From NCBI GenBank assembly GCA_027923505.1, contig BROI01000001.1:434001-498000 (forward strand): DNA of 64,000 nucleotides, in the 5' to 3' direction. Of the stretch, positions 57,740-64,000 are shown piece after piece. A program made the translations under genes and the position numbers. The DNA is from Mayamaea pseudoterrestris (lineage: Eukaryota). The notes under the pieces were generated by a model. The model searched no databases. It had not been told where the DNA came from and was given only the letters and a program-made list of their open reading frames with translations. Numbering within the stretch: the stretch's first letter is position 1; every line of letters begins with the position of its first letter.

Positions 57740-57822
57740 CAGCGGTGAATCAGTACCGCTACGATGCGTGACAATCGTCGATTCCCTCCATCACCAGCTC
57801 GCAACTGATTTTTCACCATGGC
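57740..57822 (+). repeat. Copy 2 of duplicated segment, containing the ATG of the HA-domain gene
   Basis: Matches 55711-55790. Confidence 0.88.
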
Positions 57823-58831
57823 GCTTCGCCCGCTGCTTCGGACTGTGTTCTCTTCTAATTGCTTGTCAATTCGATGCTTGACTGGAAAATCTACTGCATT
57901 CTCAAATATCTATTATCGAAATGCAGTCCGCTATACCGCCAGTACGTCGAGGCAACGACTGCCGGATGCCGAAATGGCGACTCATGAAGAGCAATTGACT
58001 ATTCGTGGCGCGCTTTCTGGCAGTCACGAACAATCACAAACTACCTCGCCTAACCAAGACGATATCATGCCGCGATTCGTTCGCTGGCGCAAGTGGTTTA
58101 GCCAGCTTGAAACATTCATTGAGCAAAATGATGGACGGCTTCCAGAAGATTTCGAGTTGGAGCAGCTAAATAATTTACAAGATCAAAAGCTTTGGAAATG
58201 GTGTCAAAGACAAAGAGTCAGATACTGTCAATATGTTAGGAATGTACCGTCGCAGGTGGGACAGGAATTGTTGTTGGATGCTGTGAACCTTGACAACGAC
58301 AACCCCCCTGTTGAACAGCATCCTTCGGCGGAAACACAGGAGCGCATACAACTTCTCAACTCGATTGGCTTTATTTGGAACAGGAAAGAAGAGTCGTGGG
58401 CCCGTCATTATGACATGCTGCGTGAGTATCATCGCCAGCATCTTGACACGTTGGTTCCAGTCAGCAACCCACATTTGGGTCGATGGGTACGTGACCAGAG
58501 AACCCATCGATTGTTGTATCAAAAGGGCGACAGACGGAGCCCAATGACGCCGGAAAGGATCAAGCTTTTGGAAGACTTGGATTTTTGTTGGAACGCTGAC
58601 GAAGCAAAGTGGCTCAATAAATGCAACGACTATGCGAATTGGCGGAAGTTATCGCAACGAACTGGTGCGTTGCCATCGGTCAAGGAGGATCCAGTCTTGC
58701 ATGCATGGTGTCTCACGCAGCGGCAGTATAGGCGACAAAAGCGAGAGGGAAAGCATAATTCCTTGACGGATGACCGCGAGGAAAAGTTAAATGCATTGGG
58801 GTTTCCATGGGGCAGGCTGGATCGCGGTTGA
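57818..58831 (+). CDS. Helicase-associated (HA) repeat protein, probable mitochondrial presequence
   Basis: Three HA repeats (LW.WC..QR...L..IGF.W); Arg/Ser-rich N-terminus. Confidence 0.88.
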   Translation: MALRPLLRTVFSSNCLSIRCLTGKSTAFSNIYYRNAVRYTASTSRQRLPDAEMATHEEQLTIRGALSGSHEQSQTTSPNQDDIMPRFVRWRKWFSQLETFIEQNDGRLPEDFELEQLNNLQDQKLWKWCQRQRVRYCQYVRNVPSQVGQELLLDAVNLDNDNPPVEQHPSAETQERIQLLNSIGFIWNRKEESWARHYDMLREYHRQHLDTLVPVSNPHLGRWVRDQRTHRLLYQKGDRRSPMTPERIKLLEDLDFCWNADEAKWLNKCNDYANWRKLSQRTGALPSVKEDPVLHAWCLTQRQYRRQKREGKHNSLTDDREEKLNALGFPWGRLDRG

Positions 58832-59068
58832 CTGCTAGTGCGGCTCCTTTGCAAAAGGCTACTGAAACAAAGCTACGATGAAAGTAATTGCTCCAATGGT
58901 ATGGTATACTAGCTTGTAATAGTATGTGTTCTACTACAGGTTGTTCGCTTGCTCGTTTTGTGAGGTGACTGGATTTAGTACCGAAGTGACATAATCACTA
59001 TTGATTCGCGACCTAAAGATTTTCTTCGACCATAACGACGACGGCAGTGCAAGCAGCTGCTAAAAAGA

Positions 59069-59758
59069 ATGATTGGAACAATCATGAACGTCTCCTTCAC
59101 TTGCTTGGTGCTACTATGCTTGGCTACTGATACTCGAGCCTTTTCATCCTCATCTTTTGCTATATCAAGTCGCTCAAGTTTACACTTTCGTCGTCAAAAC
59201 TTTCTTCTTCATGACGCAGCTCTGCAACTGCAGGAAGATTTTGGCTTAAATGGAGACAACGACTTGCAGCTTGAGCTCATTGATACAAACGAGGACCTTA
59301 TTGCTTCAGGCGAAAATCTCAAGTACTCGTCAATTGATTCAATCTCTTCCATTTCTCGAACCGTCACGCGCATCATCTTTCTTCCCTTTACTCTTCTCTT
59401 TCGTCTACTCTTTCGAGCAGCCGCATCCTTTGTCGCCTCGTTCATGACAGCCGTTGTAACCGATCCAGCCCTCAATCGAGCATTGGTTTTGATTGTCAAG
59501 GAAGGTGCCAACTCGTTTCTGACGCAAGGAAACGTCAAGTCGAAGATTGCCACCTTTCAGGAAACCATGGCAACAACGTCCCCGTCGCTGGCGAAACAAT
59601 CTGGAAATGACTTTTTGAGAGTCATTATTCAGTTCTTGGATGGCTTGTTTTCTCCACCAACACGAAGGTTCAATAGGGAGAAACAACAAACTAAGAATGG
59701 AGCAACGAACGGTGTAAATGAGGTGGAAGGACCGGTGAACAAGCCAGTGTCAAGCTAA
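59069..59758 (+). CDS. Hypothetical plastid-targeted protein
   Basis: Signal peptide ending TRA-F followed by a Ser-rich transit peptide. Confidence 0.7.
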   Translation: MIGTIMNVSFTCLVLLCLATDTRAFSSSSFAISSRSSLHFRRQNFLLHDAALQLQEDFGLNGDNDLQLELIDTNEDLIASGENLKYSSIDSISSISRTVTRIIFLPFTLLFRLLFRAAASFVASFMTAVVTDPALNRALVLIVKEGANSFLTQGNVKSKIATFQETMATTSPSLAKQSGNDFLRVIIQFLDGLFSPPTRRFNREKQQTKNGATNGVNEVEGPVNKPVSS

Positions 59759-60219
59759 AGTTTGCTACTTATAACAAACACAGGAAATGTCAGCGCAAAA
59801 TCCATGCTTATTAGTTCATTTATAGGTTAGTTAAAGTGCTGACGTTTTGCGATTTTTGATGAAAGGTACTGTGTGATACTGGCAGTCGCGTGGCCATAGC
59901 TTGCGTCAAATTGACCGGAGTTGCTTCGGAAACTGGTGGTCTGTTGAAATGAATCTATTGATACATATATTTCACATTTCGCTTGTCTCTGTCGATCCTT
60001 CCTTGGTAGAGTAATCTTTGGCTTTGCTCGAGTACTACCGTACGTACGCGTAGCAGCCAAAATCGATGCCAGTACGACATGGTCGCCGACGTGCCACAGA
60101 CGAAGCTTCCTTTCCGCGACGCGCGTCGTCCCTCGAATGAGCCTCATCTGCATCTCATCAACAACAACAAGCAGCACTGCTTGACCCATCGAGTACCACC
60201 GGTGCCTCCAATTTATCCA

Positions 60220-62085
60220 ATGAAATATTTAAGCTCGTCAAAGCTGCTATTCTTTTGCATCTTTGTGCAGGAATGCGGCTCCTTTGTTCTCGTCGGCCCC
60301 TCGGCGTTTCACATGCGTCGGCAATCTCCAAAGGTGCGACGAGAGATTCGCGCCACGGAATCTGCCAAGGATTTGATGAATGATACGCAGGATGGAGTTC
60401 TTGTACCACCATCCATGTCCGACAGCGAGTCTCTACGTCTGCTTCCTGACCGTCTCATGAGACTTCCGCGACACTCGAATGCAGGAGTCAATGTGATTCT
60501 GGAGCAGACGGAAAGTACGCTTCGAAAATTACACTTGCATAGCAAGCAAATATCCAGCGAGAATTACAATCACCAGCACGTTTCAGCTGCCAAGGACGCT
60601 GCCCTTGAGCACGAGACTGTCTACGCCAATTCCTACGTGGACATGGGCAAGATTGACATTATTGGTTTCGACTTTGACTACACGCTCGTGACATACACGG
60701 AGGAGCTCTTGCATCTCATTTATCGCATGGCGCTGGAGCGCTTGGTGAAGGATCGACAGTATCCTCTTGAAATGCTTGATCGAGACCTTCAGTTTGATCC
60801 ATACTTTTCAATTCGCGGATTGGCCGTTGACAAGGAGACTGGATGGATCACGCACTTGAGCTATACACACAAGGTGACTGCGGCGTGGGAAGGTCGGGAG
60901 AAGCTTCCGACAAAACGCATCTTTGAGGAGTATCAAGGCAAGCGAGCGCTCCGACCCGACGAACGTCGCAAGCGCCTCAAGCCATTGAATGACTTGTTCA
61001 GCATGGCCGAATGCTGTTTGATTGCGGATACTGTACAGTTCTTCAAGGATGAAGGCATTCCCTATGCAGGCCGTAACGTTGTGACGGACGTGCTGACAGC
61101 CGTCACCGAGACGCACTTGAGTGGAGACTTTCATCGACTTGTTGCGCAAAATCCCGACTTGTACTTTTATCCAACGCCGCACTTGAAGCAACTCTTGCTT
61201 AAATACAAGGAAGCAGGTAAGCGACTCATATTTGTGAGTAACTCGCCCTATTGGTACGTGGACGCTGGTATGCGCTACATTTTTGGACCAAGCTGGCGCG
61301 ATGGATGGGATGCTATCATCACAAGCGCCGGCAAGCCAAGCTTTTACACGGAACCGAATCGGCCTTTTCGAGAAATATCCATTGAGACTGGTCGACTCAT
61401 GTTTAAGCGCGTCGACCGGTTTGAGCGTGGAAAGGTTTATACGGAAGGTTGTTTGCGCGAGATGATGCGACTCATGGATTGGACGCCGATTCGACGTCAA
61501 GAGACGCAAGACGGCATGGATACCTTGAATGTTGCTCCAGCAAATGTACTTTACATTGGTGATTCCTTATTTGCTGATCTGGTTGATGCCAAGCGTGAAT
61601 ATGGTTGGACAACGGCCGCTGTGGTGCCAGAGATTGGCTACGAAATGGAAATTCAGCACCAGCCAGACTTTGCCTTGGCGCAACAAACTATTGGTTTAAT
61701 TTTGAGCGCATTACGTTCGATACAGGTAGAGCTCGGATGCGAACTGCACTCGAAGGAAGATATGACAGTTCTTGACTCGCTGGAGAAGCTCGTCTCCATG
61801 TGGCGCGACCGCGAGACATCCATCCTTGGTAATCCGTTTGGCAGCGTCTTTCGCGCACGATACCAGCCTTCCCTGTTCGCGTCGTCTCTGAGGAGGTACA
61901 GCGACTTGTACATGACATCGGTTAGCTCGTTACGAAACTACAGTCCGCAGCATCGCTTCTATCCAAACCACAACCATCGCCTATTGGCACACGAGATGCA
62001 AAAGGATAGCTCCGAGTGCTGGTCACTGGATGATGTATTGGCCACATCAACGGAGGAACCAGTGAATGGAGCTGCCATTAGTTAA
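60220..62085 (+). CDS. HAD-IG 5'-nucleotidase (cytosolic purine nucleotidase II-like), probably plastid-targeted
   Basis: GFDFDYTLVTY, VSNS, AGKPSFY, VLYIGDSLFADL, FGSVFR, RYSDLYMTS; signal peptide with GS-F cleavage. Confidence 0.92.
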   Translation: MKYLSSSKLLFFCIFVQECGSFVLVGPSAFHMRRQSPKVRREIRATESAKDLMNDTQDGVLVPPSMSDSESLRLLPDRLMRLPRHSNAGVNVILEQTESTLRKLHLHSKQISSENYNHQHVSAAKDAALEHETVYANSYVDMGKIDIIGFDFDYTLVTYTEELLHLIYRMALERLVKDRQYPLEMLDRDLQFDPYFSIRGLAVDKETGWITHLSYTHKVTAAWEGREKLPTKRIFEEYQGKRALRPDERRKRLKPLNDLFSMAECCLIADTVQFFKDEGIPYAGRNVVTDVLTAVTETHLSGDFHRLVAQNPDLYFYPTPHLKQLLLKYKEAGKRLIFVSNSPYWYVDAGMRYIFGPSWRDGWDAIITSAGKPSFYTEPNRPFREISIETGRLMFKRVDRFERGKVYTEGCLREMMRLMDWTPIRRQETQDGMDTLNVAPANVLYIGDSLFADLVDAKREYGWTTAAVVPEIGYEMEIQHQPDFALAQQTIGLILSALRSIQVELGCELHSKEDMTVLDSLEKLVSMWRDRETSILGNPFGSVFRARYQPSLFASSLRRYSDLYMTSVSSLRNYSPQHRFYPNHNHRLLAHEMQKDSSECWSLDDVLATSTEEPVNGAAIS

Positions 62086-62550
62086 CAGTAAGTGGACATG
62101 TGAGTTGAATTGCGAGGAAATAGCACACACAGCTGCCCGCCAGATAACCTGCACCTCAGTTTCATGTAAGGATCCGTCTGTTTTTATAGAAACTTTTGTG
62201 TAGTCGCTGTGCAATATGAGCGCTGGTAAACTCGATTATAGCAAGCAGGCTACAGCAGCTTTTACTGTTGCATACCGCGAGCTGATTAGTGAGGATTGAA
62301 GAGCTAGCTAATGTCGTTCCGGTGATGGATAGTCGTCATTACCTTTGCGACTTTTCCGATCACCATTCGAATGTTCAAATTCGACCATGGTCGCGCTCAT
62401 AAAATTCAAAAGTCTCTCAATGCTTGCAGCATTTTGTGATTATACACAATCATCTAGGTTCAGGTCTCTCTAAATAGCAACTGGTTTCATAGGAGCCGTC
62501 TGGGTTGAATTTCTGCATACAAGTGTGACGACGTGTGACGCCCCATCATC

Positions 62551-64000
62551 ATGTCACGTAACAATCAGCAGCACCATCACGGCGGCAGCAACAATAAGCG
62601 TCGCGCAGCGGGTAATGCTAGCCATGCCCGTCGTTCGGATTACAATAATGAGGAGGAGGAAGACCAAGTCGATGACTTGGCTGTTGCAGCATCCTACGCC
62701 ATGTCTGTAGCCGTAGCAGCTCCTGCCGTTCGTCCCGATGACGACAATGAGATTGACTTGATGGCAGGGAATGAAGCAGACGAGGGCGCGAATGCTACCG
62801 ACAAGCTACACGAGAATGAAGCAGCAGCAGCAGCAGCAGCAGCAGCAACGACCTATCGACTGGATCCATCTCTCATTTACTATGATTCGGATGACTCGTC
62901 GTCGTCCTCTGATGAATCGAACGACAAAGACGCAGACGCGAGTCTTGCCAAAATGCTGGAGGAATGCGACGACGACGAAGACGGTCACGACGACGGTCCA
63001 CCACGAACCACACACGAAATTACCGATCCAACTGCCGCGCTACTAGACAAACGATTGACTCTTGACGAGAAAGATGCACTTGGGCGAGTGCAGGAGCAAC
63101 TACAGGTCGAGCCGCCATTGTCAATGGCTCACAGCAACAAGCACTCGTCACGACAGCAGCAACAATCGCAGCAGCAACAATCGCAGCAGCAGCCACTTCA
63201 AGTGGCGGGGACGGTGCATCAGTACATTGTTTCGGATCAAATGCTGGTGGTGCAAAGTAGCTTGAATGGAGCCGTGTTGCAACCAGGAACGCTGCTCGTC
63301 ATGAGACTGCCCGACCGTGACGACGACTCTACTTTGAAAATCGTTGCGTGCGGCAAGATTTTGGACGTTTTTGGACCAGTTCGACAACCACTGTACAGTG
63401 TCCATGTTGGTATTACGGCAGTGGAAGCAAAGTTGATTGGAAACGACAAGCCGGTTGATGAGGTGACGGACGAGCAAACCGAAAGTCTCGGTGGAACGGA
63501 TGCTACATCAGTCGTTGGTGGAACGGATGCTGCAGCGAATGCTACTACAACGAAAACTACTACATCCAGCAAAGTCTTGATCAATCCTTGGTCTGCTAAT
63601 GGCATCTACACAAAGTATATTAACAACTTGAAACAACAACAGCAAGCTATTTCAGTCTACTATATTTCAGACTGCGCCAGCGTGCTTGATCCATCCACTC
63701 TGCCGCAAACCAAAGGCTGCGACGCTTCCAATGCCCACGACGAGGAAGTTTTGCATCCAACGGAAATGGATTACTCGGATGATGAGCAGGAGCAACAGGC
63801 GAAGAGAAGTAATCGGCGGGGTAGTGGGGGAAGGAATCAACCAATGACAAGTTCCATGCAGCAGCAGCAATATCCGACAAGAGCTTCTAGTGGATACGCA
63901 ACTGGCCGAGGGGTACAGCCACAAGGGTTTCACGGGTATCCAGTGCAGCAGCAAGCATCGCAGCAGCCCAACTTGGTCTCTGAGCAACTGCAACAGCAAC
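62551..64000 (+). CDS. NAF1: H/ACA RNP assembly factor NAF1, 3'-partial (absent from the ORF track)
   Basis: Open frame from ATG 62551 to the window end: PPRTTHEI, GKILDVFGPVRQPLYSV, KGCDASNAHDEEV...EMDYSDDEQE. Confidence 0.9.
   Translation, partial: MSRNNQQHHHGGSNNKRRAAGNASHARRSDYNNEEEEDQVDDLAVAASYAMSVAVAAPAVRPDDDNEIDLMAGNEADEGANATDKLHENEAAAAAAAAATTYRLDPSLIYYDSDDSSSSSDESNDKDADASLAKMLEECDDDEDGHDDGPPRTTHEITDPTAALLDKRLTLDEKDALGRVQEQLQVEPPLSMAHSNKHSSRQQQQSQQQQSQQQPLQVAGTVHQYIVSDQMLVVQSSLNGAVLQPGTLLVMRLPDRDDDSTLKIVACGKILDVFGPVRQPLYSVHVGITAVEAKLIGNDKPVDEVTDEQTESLGGTDATSVVGGTDAAANATTTKTTTSSKVLINPWSANGIYTKYINNLKQQQQAISVYYISDCASVLDPSTLPQTKGCDASNAHDEEVLHPTEMDYSDDEQEQQAKRSNRRGSGGRNQPMTSSMQQQQYPTRASSGYATGRGVQPQGFHGYPVQQQASQQPNLVSEQLQQQ

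Overview
Eukaryotic nuclear DNA, most likely from a diatom and probably a pennate one. The evidence is dense genes with short GT-AG introns, bipartite plastid presequences (ASAFAP type), a receptor cyclase-phosphodiesterase fusion, HA-domain proteins and a CoDi-type Ty1/copia remnant. About 33 protein-coding genes can be modelled, often by joining ORF-track pieces across introns read from the sequence. Recognisable ones are SAM50, a SAP-domain protein, NOL9/Grc3, ferric reductase, PrmC/HemK, CCT6, ASF1, NAC-alpha, two aldo-keto reductases, a cN-II-type 5'-nucleotidase and NAF1 (missed by the ORF track because it runs off the window end). The most notable observations are: (1) a tandem pair of very acidic secreted proteins with matching 3-exon microexon structure, one carrying His-acidic HDGEFDEEE repeats and an EEL C-terminus; (2) two independent cases where the spacer between divergent genes is duplicated with transposon-derived DNA between the copies; (3) an intact solo retroelement-like ORF1/Gag sitting behind one such copied promoter; (4) a recurrent intergenic TACCGGTA palindrome. 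I recognised no rRNA, tRNA or CRISPR features. All product calls come from recognised motifs, not database searches.
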